This document shows positions 22,372 to 32,212 of a stretch of 64,000 nt of DNA, piece by piece (position 1 is the stretch's first letter; every line of letters begins with the position of its first letter). The notes under the pieces were generated by a model. The model saw only the letters and a program-made list of their open reading frames with translations, searched no databases and had not been told where the DNA came from. The position numbers were made by a program, and so were the translations under genes. Source of the DNA: Candidatus Levyibacteriota bacterium (GTDB lineage Bacteria > Patescibacteriota > Microgenomatia > Levybacterales > UBA12049); contig JACQKQ010000012.1 in NCBI GenBank assembly GCA_016204465.1, positions 16,769 to 80,768 of the forward strand, written 5' to 3'.

Positions 22372-22859
22372 TGGATAACAGATACAGACAGATACAAAGT
22401 GAATTTGAAGAAAAAATTGTGCAGGTAAACCGAGTTTCCAAAAAAACAAAAGGAGGCAACAAAATTGGTTTTTCGGTACTAGTTGTCGTTGGCGACAAAA
22501 AAGGACAGGTGGGAGTAGGGCTTGGAAAAGCCCCAGACGTTGCTTCGGCAATTAAAAAGGGTGTTGCTATTGCAAAAAAACATTTCATTAAAGTGCCAAT
22601 TGTTAGGGGAAGCATTCCTTTGGAAATTCGTATTAAGATTGGCGCCGCAAGGCTTCTTCTTAAGCCTGCACCGCCGGGAAGCGGAGTTATTGCAGGAGGG
22701 GCTGTCCGTAGCGTTGTTGAAGCTGCAGGTATACACAACATATCATCCAAGGTTCTTGGGACAAAAAACCAGGCTTCAAATGTATACGCAACCATTGAAG
22801 CGCTAAAGAGAATTGCGCATCGGCATAAACCCAGCACCTTTTACCAAAAGGAAGATTAA
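22371..22859 (+). CDS. rpsE: 30S ribosomal protein S5
   Basis: RVSKKTKGG, GVIAGGAVR. Confidence 0.97.
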   Translation: MDNRYRQIQSEFEEKIVQVNRVSKKTKGGNKIGFSVLVVVGDKKGQVGVGLGKAPDVASAIKKGVAIAKKHFIKVPIVRGSIPLEIRIKIGAARLLLKPAPPGSGVIAGGAVRSVVEAAGIHNISSKVLGTKNQASNVYATIEALKRIAHRHKPSTFYQKED

Positions 22860-22912
22860 GTCGTATAATTTAGTTTGAAATTCTCAAAGGTGCTTAGTAA
22901 AGGAGAGTAATT

Positions 22913-23356
22913 ATGATTTCACTACACAGACTTTCTTCAACAACAAAGATAGGTAAAAGAAGACTTGGCCAGGGTCACGGTTCTGGCCGTGGGAAAACTG
23001 CCGGAAGAGGAACAAAAGGACAGAAGGCCCGCGGCAATATTCCACTATCCTTTGAAGGGGGAGCAGTTGCACTTATTAAACGCTTGCCGTTTAGGCGGGG
23101 AAAAGGACGAAATAAGGTATTTAAAAATAAACCGGTTGTAGTGCCGCTTGCAGCGCTTAATATTTTTAGAAAACAACAAACTGTTGATACACAGTCTCTC
23201 ATTGCTGCGCATATTGTTGACGAAAAAGATGCAAAAACGTACGGTGTAAAAGTTTTAAGTAATGGAACACTCAACGTACCAGTTATAGTAAAAGTGCCTG
23301 TTTCAAAGTCGGCGGCGAAAAAAATTGAAAAGATCGGTGGACGCGTTGAGACGTAA
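22913..23356 (+). CDS. rplO: 50S ribosomal protein L15
   Basis: GSGRGKTAGRGTKGQKAR, FEGG. Confidence 0.97.
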   Translation: MISLHRLSSTTKIGKRRLGQGHGSGRGKTAGRGTKGQKARGNIPLSFEGGAVALIKRLPFRRGKGRNKVFKNKPVVVPLAALNIFRKQQTVDTQSLIAAHIVDEKDAKTYGVKVLSNGTLNVPVIVKVPVSKSAAKKIEKIGGRVET

Positions 23357-23362
23357 TCGTTT

Positions 23363-24649
23363 GTGAATCATTTTTTATCCATCTTCAGAAATAGCTTTAG
23401 GACGCCTGAAATTCGGCGAAAAATACTCTTTACATTAAGTGTTCTTGTTGTTTTTAGGATATTTGCACATATACCTGTTGCTGGTGTAAACGTTGCCAGT
23501 TTAAAAGCTCTATTTTCGCAAAACCAATTTTTAGGACTACTTGATATTTTTTCAGGCGGCACATTAGCAAATTTCTCTGTTATGGCTTTAGGACTCAATC
23601 CCTACATTAACGCGTCAATTATTCTGCAGCTTTCAACTCTGGTATTTCCCAAGCTTGAGGCACTCTCAAAAGAAGGCGAAGCAGGCAGACATAAAATTAA
23701 TCAGTACACAAGAATGCTTACGGTACCGCTTGCAGTTCTGCAGGCATTTGGTATGTATGCGTTGCTTCGAAGCCAAAGCATAATTTCGCTCCTACCGCCA
23801 TCTGAACTTGCGTCATTTGTTGTCACGATGACTGCTGGTACGATGTTTCTGGTTTGGCTTGGAGAGTTAGTGACAGAGCGAGGGATAGGCAACGGTATAT
23901 CCATGCTCATATTTGCCGGTATTGTTGGAAGAATTCCGGTAGTTTTTGGCCAGACCATCGCGACTGCAACAGGAGAGAATCTCACAAATCTCATTATTTT
24001 TCTTATTATGAGTATTGTTGTTATTGCTGCAATTGTTTTCATGAATGACGCAACCCGCAAGATCACAGTATACTACGCAAGACGGGCTCGAGGGAATAGG
24101 CTATATGGAGGACAGTCGACTCACTTACCCCTGCGGCTTAACCAGGCTGGTGTTATTCCAATTATTTTTGCCGTTTCGCTTGTACTGTTACCCTCTCTTA
24201 TCTCCAACTATCTTAGCGGGTCGCCAAATGAACAAATCCGTAATGTTGCATTTTCTATTGGCGCGCTTTTTAATCCGTCCAGTTTTACTTATAATGCGGT
24301 GTATTTTCTGCTTGTTGTCGGTTTCACGTACTTTTACACAGCAGTTATCTTTAATCCGAAAAAAATCGCGGAGGAAATTCAAAAATACGGCGGATTTATT
24401 CCGGGCGTTAGGCCGGGCAGCCCAACAGCAAAATTTCTTACATACGTTTTAACACGGATTACGCTTGTTGGAGCTTTTTTCTTAGGATTTATTGCTATCT
24501 TACCAACGATAGCGCAATCAATAACAGAAGTGCAAACGCTTCTGCTTGGCGGGACGGGAATTCTTATCGTTGTTTCTGTTGTATTGGAAACGATTAGAAG
24601 TCTTGAGGCGCAGCTGGTGATGCGCAGTTACGATGTGTATACTAAATAA
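23363..24649 (+). CDS. secY: Preprotein translocase SecY
   Basis: [35 protein letters not shown]. Confidence 0.98.
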   Translation: MNHFLSIFRNSFRTPEIRRKILFTLSVLVVFRIFAHIPVAGVNVASLKALFSQNQFLGLLDIFSGGTLANFSVMALGLNPYINASIILQLSTLVFPKLEALSKEGEAGRHKINQYTRMLTVPLAVLQAFGMYALLRSQSIISLLPPSELASFVVTMTAGTMFLVWLGELVTERGIGNGISMLIFAGIVGRIPVVFGQTIATATGENLTNLIIFLIMSIVVIAAIVFMNDATRKITVYYARRARGNRLYGGQSTHLPLRLNQAGVIPIIFAVSLVLLPSLISNYLSGSPNEQIRNVAFSIGALFNPSSFTYNAVYFLLVVGFTYFYTAVIFNPKKIAEEIQKYGGFIPGVRPGSPTAKFLTYVLTRITLVGAFFLGFIAILPTIAQSITEVQTLLLGGTGILIVVSVVLETIRSLEAQLVMRSYDVYTK

Positions 24650-24656
24650 GAAACTT

Positions 24657-25202
24657 ATGAAAATTGTGATTATTGGCATACAAGGTGCAGGAAAATCAAC
24701 ACAGGGAAATCTTCTTTCTGAAAAATTGAAAGTTCCATACCTTTCCACAGGACACATTTTCCGTCAGCTTGCAAAGGAGAAAACAAAGTTGGGGCGTTAC
24801 ATAAAGGAAGTGATGAATGCTGGATATTTAATTCCCGATAAAAAGACAATTGCTATTGTAAATGAATATCTTACACGTCCGGAGTATAAAAAAGGGTATA
24901 TACTCGATGGTTTTCCTCGAACAATAGCGCAAGCAAAGGCATTTACCCAGGTAATTGATAAAGTAGTGCATCTTAATGTCTCGGACAAGGAAGCGCTTTG
25001 GAGGCTTGCCTATAGAAATGGAGAGATTAGAGAAGACGACACCCTTGCGGCGATTAAAAAGCGCATAGACCTCTTTCACAGGTTCACAAAGCCTGTGCTT
25101 AACTACTACCGCAAGAAAGAAATTCTTATAGAAGTAAACGGCGAGCAGTCTATCCAAGACATTCACCACGAAATCATGCACAAGATTGGAAATCAGGCAT
25201 GA
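24657..25202 (+). CDS. adk: Adenylate kinase (short LID)
   Basis: GAGKSTQ, LSTGHIFR, LDGFPR, REDD. Confidence 0.92.
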   Translation: MKIVIIGIQGAGKSTQGNLLSEKLKVPYLSTGHIFRQLAKEKTKLGRYIKEVMNAGYLIPDKKTIAIVNEYLTRPEYKKGYILDGFPRTIAQAKAFTQVIDKVVHLNVSDKEALWRLAYRNGEIREDDTLAAIKKRIDLFHRFTKPVLNYYRKKEILIEVNGEQSIQDIHHEIMHKIGNQA

Positions 25203-25762
25203 AAGTACTTTTGGCGATTGTTGGCATGCCCGGTGCAGGGAAAAGCGGGGCAGTTTCGTATATTCAAAAGAAAGGAATACCATTTGTTAGATTTGGACAA
25301 GTTACCGATGAAGGTTTACGTGCACAAGGTTTGACATTAACGCCAGAAAATGAGAAGGCCTTCCGTGAGAACCTACGAGCACAGCTTGGTATGGCTGCTT
25401 ATGCAATTGCCTCAAAATCAAAAATAGAAGAATTATTAAAAGCCAACGCTGTCGTAGTAATAGATGGTCTTTACTCATGGGAGGAATACCTATTCTTAAA
25501 AAAAGAATTTCCTAACTTACTGCTCATTCATGTCTACGCAGAGCCACAAATCCGCTACAAGAGGCTTTCAGAACGGCTCGTTCGTCCTATTTCCTTTGAA
25601 AAGTCACGAGAACGAGACATGGCGGAGATTGAAAATCTCAATAAAGGAGGTCCAATCGCAATTGCAGATTATCTTATTGATAACAATAGTAGTAATATCC
25701 AAGATTTATACAAAAAGATTGATGAATTATTAGATCATTTAAAAATTGAAAAATATGATTAA
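25199..25762 (+). CDS. P-loop nucleotide kinase-like protein
   Basis: GMPGAGKS, VIDG, ADYLIDN. Confidence 0.75.
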   Translation: MKVLLAIVGMPGAGKSGAVSYIQKKGIPFVRFGQVTDEGLRAQGLTLTPENEKAFRENLRAQLGMAAYAIASKSKIEELLKANAVVVIDGLYSWEEYLFLKKEFPNLLLIHVYAEPQIRYKRLSERLVRPISFEKSRERDMAEIENLNKGGPIAIADYLIDNNSSNIQDLYKKIDELLDHLKIEKYD

Positions 25763-26600
25763 TATTAAGACTAAAGAAGAAATCGAAGCTATGGCAGAGG
25801 GAGGAAAGATCTTGTCTGAAGTTCTCCATACGGTCTTAGCACATATAAAGCCGGGCGTTTCGGAATTAGAACTTGATGCGGTTGCAGAAAAACTCATTTA
25901 CGATAGGGGGGCAGAAGTTGGGTTTAAGAAGGTACCAGGGTATAAGTACACGGTTTGTGTTTCAACAAACGATGTTGTGGTGCATGGGGTGCCAACAGCG
26001 TATCGGTTTAAGGAAGGCGACATTATTGGTATTGATTGCGGTGTTTTCTATAAGGGATTCCATACGGATATGGCGGAAACAATTCAAGTTCAAAATTCAA
26101 AGTTCCCGCCAAAGGCGAGGCTCGCCACAGACGGCAAAATTCAAAATGACCCCCCCGTTAATGCTCTGCATAGGCAAGTGCAGGCGGGCAATGAAAATAT
26201 AAAAAAATTTTTGGAGATTGGTAAGCATGCATTGAACGAGGCGATAAAGCAGGCAAAGACGGGAAGTCGGATCGGAAATATCTCAAAAACAATTCAAGAG
26301 ATCGTAGAAGGTGCAGGATATTCAGTGGTACGTAGCTTAGTTGGTCATGGTGTTGGTAGACAATTACATGAAGAGCCAGAGGTTCCGGGATTCTTAGTAA
26401 AAGGGGATATTGATAAAACGCCTCTTCTGAGGGTAGGAACGACTATTGCAATCGAAGTTATTTATAACATGGGTAAACCAGATGTAAAATACTCAACAGA
26501 TGACGAATGGACGATTAAAAGCGCCGATGGGAGTTTATCGGGGCTATTTGAACGGACAGTCGCCATTACCAAAAATGGTCCGCTTATCCTGACAAGATAG
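25755..26600 (+). CDS. map: Type I methionine aminopeptidase carrying a repeat-derived insertion
   Basis: VVHGVP, DCG, GHGVG..LHEEP, FERT. Confidence 0.95.
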   Translation: MINIKTKEEIEAMAEGGKILSEVLHTVLAHIKPGVSELELDAVAEKLIYDRGAEVGFKKVPGYKYTVCVSTNDVVVHGVPTAYRFKEGDIIGIDCGVFYKGFHTDMAETIQVQNSKFPPKARLATDGKIQNDPPVNALHRQVQAGNENIKKFLEIGKHALNEAIKQAKTGSRIGNISKTIQEIVEGAGYSVVRSLVGHGVGRQLHEEPEVPGFLVKGDIDKTPLLRVGTTIAIEVIYNMGKPDVKYSTDDEWTIKSADGSLSGLFERTVAITKNGPLILTR

Positions 26601-26640
26601 CACTTATTGCTCTCTATGTGTAGATTTGCTATAATACTTT

Positions 26641-26745
26641 TAAGTTAAAAGTTCAAGGTTAAAAATGTAAAGTTACAATTGCGAGTTGACAGTTTTTAAT
26701 TTTGCATTGTAATTTTGCACTTTACATTTTGAATTTTTAACTTTT
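26641..26745. repeat. Heptamer-periodic inverted repeat in infA 5' region
   Basis: TTAAAAG TTCAAGG TTAAAAA TGTAAAG TTACAAT ... ATTGTAA TTTTGCA CTTTACA TTTTGAA TTTTTAA; TGCTATAAT promoter just upstream. Confidence 0.85.
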
Positions 26746-26749
26746 TTGT

Positions 26750-26968
26750 ATGTCGCATCAGGGATCATTTGAAGTAGATGGCGTTGTAAAAGAATCGTTG
26801 CCAAATACGCTGTTTCGCGTACAGCTTCCTGATGGCAGTATCGTTTTGTGTCATTTGTCCGGCAAGATGAGAATGAATTTTATTAAAATCTTGCCGGGAG
26901 ATAAGGTTCGTATTGAGATGACACCGTACGATAGAACAAAAGGGAGAATCGTGTTTAGATTTAAGTAA
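26750..26968 (+). CDS. infA: Translation initiation factor IF-1
   Basis: [21 protein letters not shown]. Confidence 0.97.
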   Translation: MSHQGSFEVDGVVKESLPNTLFRVQLPDGSIVLCHLSGKMRMNFIKILPGDKVRIEMTPYDRTKGRIVFRFK

Positions 26969-26989
26969 TCTAGGTTATTTAAATTAACT

Positions 26990-27103
26990 ATGAAAGTTCA
27001 GGCAAGCATTAAAAAAAGATGTGTAAAATGTAAGATTATTAGAAGGCGTGGAGTCGTTAGGATTGTCTGTGATAATCCGCGACATAAGCAGCGACAAGGG
27101 TAG
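26990..27103 (+). CDS. rpmJ: 50S ribosomal protein L36 (not in ORF track)
   Basis: Hand translation [37 protein letters not shown]. Confidence 0.97.
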   Translation: MKVQASIKKRCVKCKIIRRRGVVRIVCDNPRHKQRQG

Positions 27104-27105
27104 CA

Positions 27106-27156
27106 GTCGTTGGTCGTTAGACCCTAGCTATTAGCTAACGATCAAAGACCAAAGAC
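27106..27156. repeat. Heptamer-periodic inverted repeat between rpmJ and rpsM
   Basis: GTCGTTG GTCGTTA G ... CTAACGA TCAAAGA CCAAAGA C. Confidence 0.65.
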
Positions 27157-27163
27157 AAATATT

Positions 27164-27589
27164 ATGAGGATTGCAGGAATAACTATACCAGACGAAAAAC
27201 GAGTAGATATTGCACTCACGTATTTATATGGTATTGGGCGGAGTAATGTATCAGGTCTCTTGAAAAAGGCACAGATTGACGGTGCAAAGCGTGTTAAGGA
27301 GCTTACTGAAATGGAGCAGAAGAATATCCAAAAAGCGCTTGAGATATATAAGATTGAGGGAGACTTGCGAAGTGAAGTGATGGGAAATATTAAGCGACTC
27401 AAAGAGATTGGCGCGTATCGAGGCGTTAGGCATAGTAGAAATTTGCCAGTACGTGGTCAACGGACACGCTCAAATGCTCGTACCAAACGCGGAAAGCGCG
27501 TAACAATTGGTGCCATTAAGAAAGAAGTAGCGCAAAAAATGGGCTTGATTGAGAAAGAGCCCGCAAAGGGGGCTTCGGAAAAGAAGTAA
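27164..27589 (+). CDS. rpsM: 30S ribosomal protein S13
   Basis: [16 protein letters not shown]. Confidence 0.98.
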   Translation: MRIAGITIPDEKRVDIALTYLYGIGRSNVSGLLKKAQIDGAKRVKELTEMEQKNIQKALEIYKIEGDLRSEVMGNIKRLKEIGAYRGVRHSRNLPVRGQRTRSNARTKRGKRVTIGAIKKEVAQKMGLIEKEPAKGASEKK

Positions 27590-27596
27590 TAATACT

Positions 27597-27998
27597 ATGG
27601 AGACAAAAGCAATAAAAATAGCGCCGGCAAAACAGAAAAAGCAGTTAGTGGTATCTCAGCAGGGAAAAGTGTACATCACGGCAACATTTAATAACACTTT
27701 GGTCACTATTACAAACGACAAGGGAGAGATAGTTGCGTGGAGCTCTGCGGGCGCGCGGGGCTTTAAGGGAACACGAAAATCAACTCCATACGCTGCTTCT
27801 TTGGCTGTAGAGAGCGCTGCTAAGAAAGCAGTAGAACGCGGTATGAAGTCAGTTGAGGTCTTTGTAAAGGGTCCGGGATCCGGGAGAGATTCAGCACTGC
27901 GTGCAATTAAGTCGGCAGGATTGTCTATCTCAATGATTGCGGATATAACACCCATGCCGCATAACGGCCCAAGAGCAAAGAAGAAACGGAGGGTGTAA
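27597..27998 (+). CDS. rpsK: 30S ribosomal protein S11
   Basis: ATFNNT, KSTPYAA, TPMPHNG. Confidence 0.97.
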   Translation: METKAIKIAPAKQKKQLVVSQQGKVYITATFNNTLVTITNDKGEIVAWSSAGARGFKGTRKSTPYAASLAVESAAKKAVERGMKSVEVFVKGPGSGRDSALRAIKSAGLSISMIADITPMPHNGPRAKKKRRV

Positions 27999-28001
27999 TG
28001 A

Positions 28002-28080
28002 AAATATCAAATTTCAAATATCAAATTTCAAATATCAAACCATTAGAAATTAGAAATTGGAAATTAGAAATTAGAAATTC
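28002..28080. repeat. Heptamer-periodic inverted repeat between rpsK and rpsD
   Basis: (AAATWTC)5 then (ATTRGAA)5. Confidence 0.92.
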
Positions 28081-28100
28081 CATAGATTGGAGGGTAATCT

Positions 28101-28691
28101 ATGGGTAGGTATACAGGACCAAAACACAGAATAGCAAGACGCGAAGGGGTAAATTTGCTCGACAAGCAGTCGGGATCTCTTTTACGGCGGCTTAATATTC
28201 CACCGGGAGTCCATGGTAAAAAGCGAAAAAGGGCATTGTCAGAATTTGGTGTCCAGCTGCGAGAAAAACAAAAAGCAAAAGCAATATACGGTCTTCTGGA
28301 AAAGCAGTTTAAACGACTTGTAACCTCTGTTCAGAAGAAAAAAGGCGAAACAGGCGAAATGCTTATCGCGCTTTTAGAGACCCGGCTTGATAATCTTCTC
28401 TACCGTCTTGGACTTGCAAAGACGCGCTTTCAGGCAAGACAGTTTGTTACGCATGGACACGTCTTGGTAAATGGAAAAAAAGTTTCTATCCCTTCATACC
28501 AGGTGAATGTTGGTGATGAGATTGCTTTATCGCCTCATATGCAGGAAAAAGTTGTTCTAGAAAAAGAGCAGGCTTTTTTACCTTTTGTTGTCCAAGAAGG
28601 CGGTAAGGGAAAACTGCTTCATATGCCAAAACGCGAAGAAGTCCAGGTTCCGTTCGATACGCAGTTGATTATTGAATATTATTCAAGATAG
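28101..28691 (+). CDS. rpsD: 30S ribosomal protein S4
   Basis: RYTGP, QLREKQK, LETRLDN, ARQFVTHGH. Confidence 0.98.
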   Translation: MGRYTGPKHRIARREGVNLLDKQSGSLLRRLNIPPGVHGKKRKRALSEFGVQLREKQKAKAIYGLLEKQFKRLVTSVQKKKGETGEMLIALLETRLDNLLYRLGLAKTRFQARQFVTHGHVLVNGKKVSIPSYQVNVGDEIALSPHMQEKVVLEKEQAFLPFVVQEGGKGKLLHMPKREEVQVPFDTQLIIEYYSR

Positions 28692-28733
28692 TGATATAAT
28701 ACTTTCTTCTGCTTTGTTAGGAGTAGATGTTTT

Positions 28734-29660
28734 ATGATCGAGCCGAATTTTAAGATAAAAGAAGAAAAAATTACCGATGGTTATGGTAAGTTTGGCATAG
28801 AACCACTTGAGCCGGGATATGGACATACTATCGGTAATGCGCTTCGTAGAGTTCTGCTTACATCTATTCAGGGATTTGCTGTGACATCTGTGAAAATTGC
28901 CGGAGTAAAACACCGCTTCTCTGCCATTGCGGGGGTTAAAGAAAATGTTGTTGATCTTCTTTTGAACATTAAAGGTTTGCATATTAATCTTGCCGATTCG
29001 AAAACAGAAGCAACAGCGCGAATTGATGCAAAAGGTCCGAAAGAAGTTACCGCAGCAGATATTGAAGTATCCGACGGGGTTGAAATTGTAAATCAAGATC
29101 ACTATCTTTGCGCTTTATCAGATAAAAAGGCAAGACTTGAGATGGAATTAACGATTGAAAGAGGTTTTGGATACGCGCTTGCTGAGGATCGAAAAGGAGG
29201 TTCTGTGGGTGTTATTCCAACAGATGCGATTTTTTCTCCAATCCATCGTGTCAACTACAATGTTGAGGCAACTCGTGTTGGACGACAGACAAACCTTGAT
29301 AAGCTTGTATTGGAGGTATGGACAAACGGAACTATTTCTCCAAGTGACGCAGTTACTCAAGCAGCAAAGATACTCTCATCGTACTTTTTGCAAATCTATG
29401 AACCAAAGATTTCGGTGTTACCAACGGAAAGCGTTGCAATTAACCCTTCAGTTTCAGAAGATCTTCTTAAAGTTACTATTGACGAACTAGATTTACCAAC
29501 CCGAATTTACAATAGCCTGCGAAATGGCGGCGTTGAAACCATAGGCCAGCTTCTAGGAACAACAAAGAGAGACCTTATGGCTATGCGTAACATGGGAGGA
29601 AAGTCAATTGCAATCATAGAAGAAAAGCTGCGGGAAAAGGGAATATCACTTACAGTGTAA
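28734..29660 (+). CDS. rpoA: RNA polymerase alpha subunit
   Basis: EPLEPGYGHTIGNALRRVLL, DAIFSP. Confidence 0.98.
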   Translation: MIEPNFKIKEEKITDGYGKFGIEPLEPGYGHTIGNALRRVLLTSIQGFAVTSVKIAGVKHRFSAIAGVKENVVDLLLNIKGLHINLADSKTEATARIDAKGPKEVTAADIEVSDGVEIVNQDHYLCALSDKKARLEMELTIERGFGYALAEDRKGGSVGVIPTDAIFSPIHRVNYNVEATRVGRQTNLDKLVLEVWTNGTISPSDAVTQAAKILSSYFLQIYEPKISVLPTESVAINPSVSEDLLKVTIDELDLPTRIYNSLRNGGVETIGQLLGTTKRDLMAMRNMGGKSIAIIEEKLREKGISLTV

Positions 29661-29730
29661 TACGAATGTATGCGAATGATCGATTATTCGAATTGATTCG
29701 AATACTTCAAATTCGTATGAATTCGTATTT
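29660..29730. repeat. Decamer-periodic CGAAT/ATTCG inverted repeat
   Basis: TACGAATGTA TGCGAATGAT ... AATTCGTATG AATTCGTATT. Confidence 0.75.
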
Positions 29731-29735
29731 TTTAT

Positions 29736-30233
29736 ATGAGGAAGCGGGTTTTTGGAAGACAATTTAAACGAGATACAAATGAGCGTAAAGCCTTGTTTAA
29801 GGGTCTTATGAGTTCATTGGTGCTAAACGAGCGAATAACAACAACAATTGAGAAGGCAAAAGCAATCCGTCCTAAGCTTGAGAAACTCGTGACAAAAGCA
29901 AAAAAGGGAAACGGAGCTTCGTACCGCATAATCGTTCCATACCTTACCGCTTCAGCTATAAAAAAATTTATGGGCGAAGTTGCGCCTCGGTTTATAAATC
30001 GTCCGGGAGGCTACACGCGAATCATCCGTGTTGGAAACAGAATTAAAGATAATGCGCAAATGGCAATAATGGAATGGACGGAAAAGCCTGCAGCCATTGA
30101 ACACACTGTCAAAAAAACAGTTCGCACTACAAAAAACAGTGGTAAACAGCCCGTCTTGACGCGAGGCAGGCGGTCGCAAGACGGTGCAAAGACAGTGGTT
30201 GCAAGAAAACCGATAATTCGAAAAGCAAAGTAA
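29736..30233 (+). CDS. rplQ: 50S ribosomal protein L17 with C-terminal extension
   Basis: ITTTIEKAK, RPGGYTRI. Confidence 0.97.
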   Translation: MRKRVFGRQFKRDTNERKALFKGLMSSLVLNERITTTIEKAKAIRPKLEKLVTKAKKGNGASYRIIVPYLTASAIKKFMGEVAPRFINRPGGYTRIIRVGNRIKDNAQMAIMEWTEKPAAIEHTVKKTVRTTKNSGKQPVLTRGRRSQDGAKTVVARKPIIRKAK

Positions 30234-30234
30234 C

Positions 30235-30660
30235 ATGCAAACACTCTCAACACGATCAACAAAAGCAAGTTCCATCAAACGAGTCTGGCACCTTATTGAT
30301 GTTAAAGACAAGGTGTTGGGTAGAGTAGCAACAGGAATTGCGAAACTGCTTATGGGGAAAGCAAAGCCGTATTTTGTACGGCATCTTGACTGCGGGGACT
30401 ATGTTATTATTATCAATGCCAAACACATTAAGGTTACGGGTAAGAAAGAATCAGATAAAAAATATTTTACCTATTCTGGTTTTCCAGGTGGACTTCATGT
30501 GCGCACGCTCGCAAACTTTCGTTTGCAAAAACCAGAAGAAATTATTGTGCATGCGGTAAAAGGTATGCTTCCACAAAATAAATTGCGAGACCGCATGCTT
30601 TCTAGACTTTTTGTATTTCCAGAAGCAGAACATCCATACCAAGATAAAATAAAAAATTAA
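30235..30660 (+). CDS. rplM: 50S ribosomal protein L13
   Basis: LGRVA, DCGDYVIIINA, VKGMLP. Confidence 0.97.
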   Translation: MQTLSTRSTKASSIKRVWHLIDVKDKVLGRVATGIAKLLMGKAKPYFVRHLDCGDYVIIINAKHIKVTGKKESDKKYFTYSGFPGGLHVRTLANFRLQKPEEIIVHAVKGMLPQNKLRDRMLSRLFVFPEAEHPYQDKIKN

Positions 30661-30669
30661 AGATCAAAA

Positions 30670-31074
30670 ATGAAAAAAGACTATATTTTTGCCGTTGGTC
30701 GAAAAAAAGAATCTTCCGCGAGAGTCAGACTGTATCCAAGCGGTGAAAAAGGGGTAATAACGGTTAACGGCCAGCCGATTGAGACCTATTTTCCGGGAAA
30801 TGTTGCAAAAGCACAATACATGGCGCCTTTTTTTCTTACAAAGACAAATGATGTATTCATGGTAACAGTTAAAGTTGCTGGGGGAGGCAAGAGTGGGCAG
30901 CTATCTGCAGTAACGCACGGTATCGCTCGGGCACTAGCATTGTATAGCAAAGATGCATTTCGGCCAATTTTGAAGCTCCATGGACTACTTACACGGGATG
31001 CTCGTGTTAGAGAACGTCGCAAGGTAGGAACAGGCGGAAAAGCACGGCGCCAAAAACAGTCGCCAAAGCGGTAA
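30670..31074 (+). CDS. rpsI: 30S ribosomal protein S9
   Basis: GRKK, GGGKSGQ, LTRDAR, QSPKR. Confidence 0.97.
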   Translation: MKKDYIFAVGRKKESSARVRLYPSGEKGVITVNGQPIETYFPGNVAKAQYMAPFFLTKTNDVFMVTVKVAGGGKSGQLSAVTHGIARALALYSKDAFRPILKLHGLLTRDARVRERRKVGTGGKARRQKQSPKR

Positions 31075-31081
31075 AAAACCT

Positions 31082-31753
31082 ATGGATAAAAGCGTTTTTA
31101 CGCTTGTCTTCGGTTTCCTTCTTGGCGTTAAGCACGCATTTGAAACAGATCACATTATAGCGGTTTCAAATATCCTTGCCGAACAGAAGAGTTCTCTGAA
31201 AGCTGCATTGGTAGGCACTTTTTGGGGTATCGGGCACACGACAACCATTTTTGTAATTGGCGTTTTTGTTCTTTTGTTAAGAATATCTATTACGGCAGAA
31301 ATTAGCAATCTATTGGAATTTGGCGTTGGGATTATGCTTGTGTTTATTGGAATACAAAACATTGTACAAGGAAGAGTTATGTTCCATACTCACCCTCATA
31401 CGCACGAGGGCAAATCACACACGCACGCGCACCCACATGTTAGAGAAAAAACGCTTCATGCACACCACAAGTCATTTATTATTGGCATAATACATGGGCT
31501 TGCAGGCAGCGGCGCGTTGATGCTGTTGGTGCTTTCAACGATTTCTTCTCCTTTGCAAGGAATGTACTATATTGCCGTTTTTGGCATCGGATCAATTTTG
31601 GGGATGACCATATCAAGTTTTATCCTTGGAACCCCTTTTGTTTACGGTGTTAACAAGTTTCCTAATATAGAAAAATATATCCGTATTACTGCCGGAACCG
31701 TAAGCCTGCTTTTTGGTATTTTTTTACTAATCAATAGGATTTATTTTTCCTAG
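31082..31753 (+). CDS. UreH/NicO-like His-rich Ni/Co transporter-family membrane protein
   Basis: KHAFETDH, GIIHGLAGS, HTHPHTH loop. Confidence 0.85.
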   Translation: MDKSVFTLVFGFLLGVKHAFETDHIIAVSNILAEQKSSLKAALVGTFWGIGHTTTIFVIGVFVLLLRISITAEISNLLEFGVGIMLVFIGIQNIVQGRVMFHTHPHTHEGKSHTHAHPHVREKTLHAHHKSFIIGIIHGLAGSGALMLLVLSTISSPLQGMYYIAVFGIGSILGMTISSFILGTPFVYGVNKFPNIEKYIRITAGTVSLLFGIFLLINRIYFS

Positions 31754-32212
31754 CGCTTCAATGTCCTTTTTGAGGATTTCGGTTGGCACTTTCGCCGGAT
31801 CAAGACCCTCTTTGAGCAAGAGCATTAAACCTAAGATGAGAGATCGTGCTTTCGTTGCCTCACTCTTTTTGAGAAACTTGATAACAATTGGTTCTCCCGG
31901 ATATCCATCTGGTACGAGCTTGAACGTGGCAAAAAGGGGCGAACATTCTATAGCAACGTCTTTAATCATTTTTATCATAATACTGTGCGTGTGAGCTGAA
32001 AAGAAAAACTGCCGAATAATCAAATTGACCTTATTTTCATCAATAATAATTTCATCCGGAAAAAAGTCAAAAGGGAACACAGCCGAAATTTTGAGTAAAA
32101 CCTTCTCGGTTCGCGCAACCAGTGCTTGCAGTTTTCGTTCCTCTCCATTCCTTTCTGGCGGGCCATTGTCTCGCACGTGCTCTTTTTGAAAAAATGTGTG
32201 TTTGTCTGCCAT
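31727..32212 (-). CDS. Hypothetical protein (possibly PH-like fold)
   Basis: 161-aa ORF with FPFDFFPD. Confidence 0.65.
   Translation of the reverse strand: MADKHTFFQKEHVRDNGPPERNGEERKLQALVARTEKVLLKISAVFPFDFFPDEIIIDENKVNLIIRQFFFSAHTHSIMIKMIKDVAIECSPLFATFKLVPDGYPGEPIVIKFLKKSEATKARSLILGLMLLLKEGLDPAKVPTEILKKDIEALGKINPID

Noticed and set aside
28002..28080. Periodic arrays as CRISPR
   Set aside because: Units are 7-10 bp with no unique spacers, and no cas genes are present.
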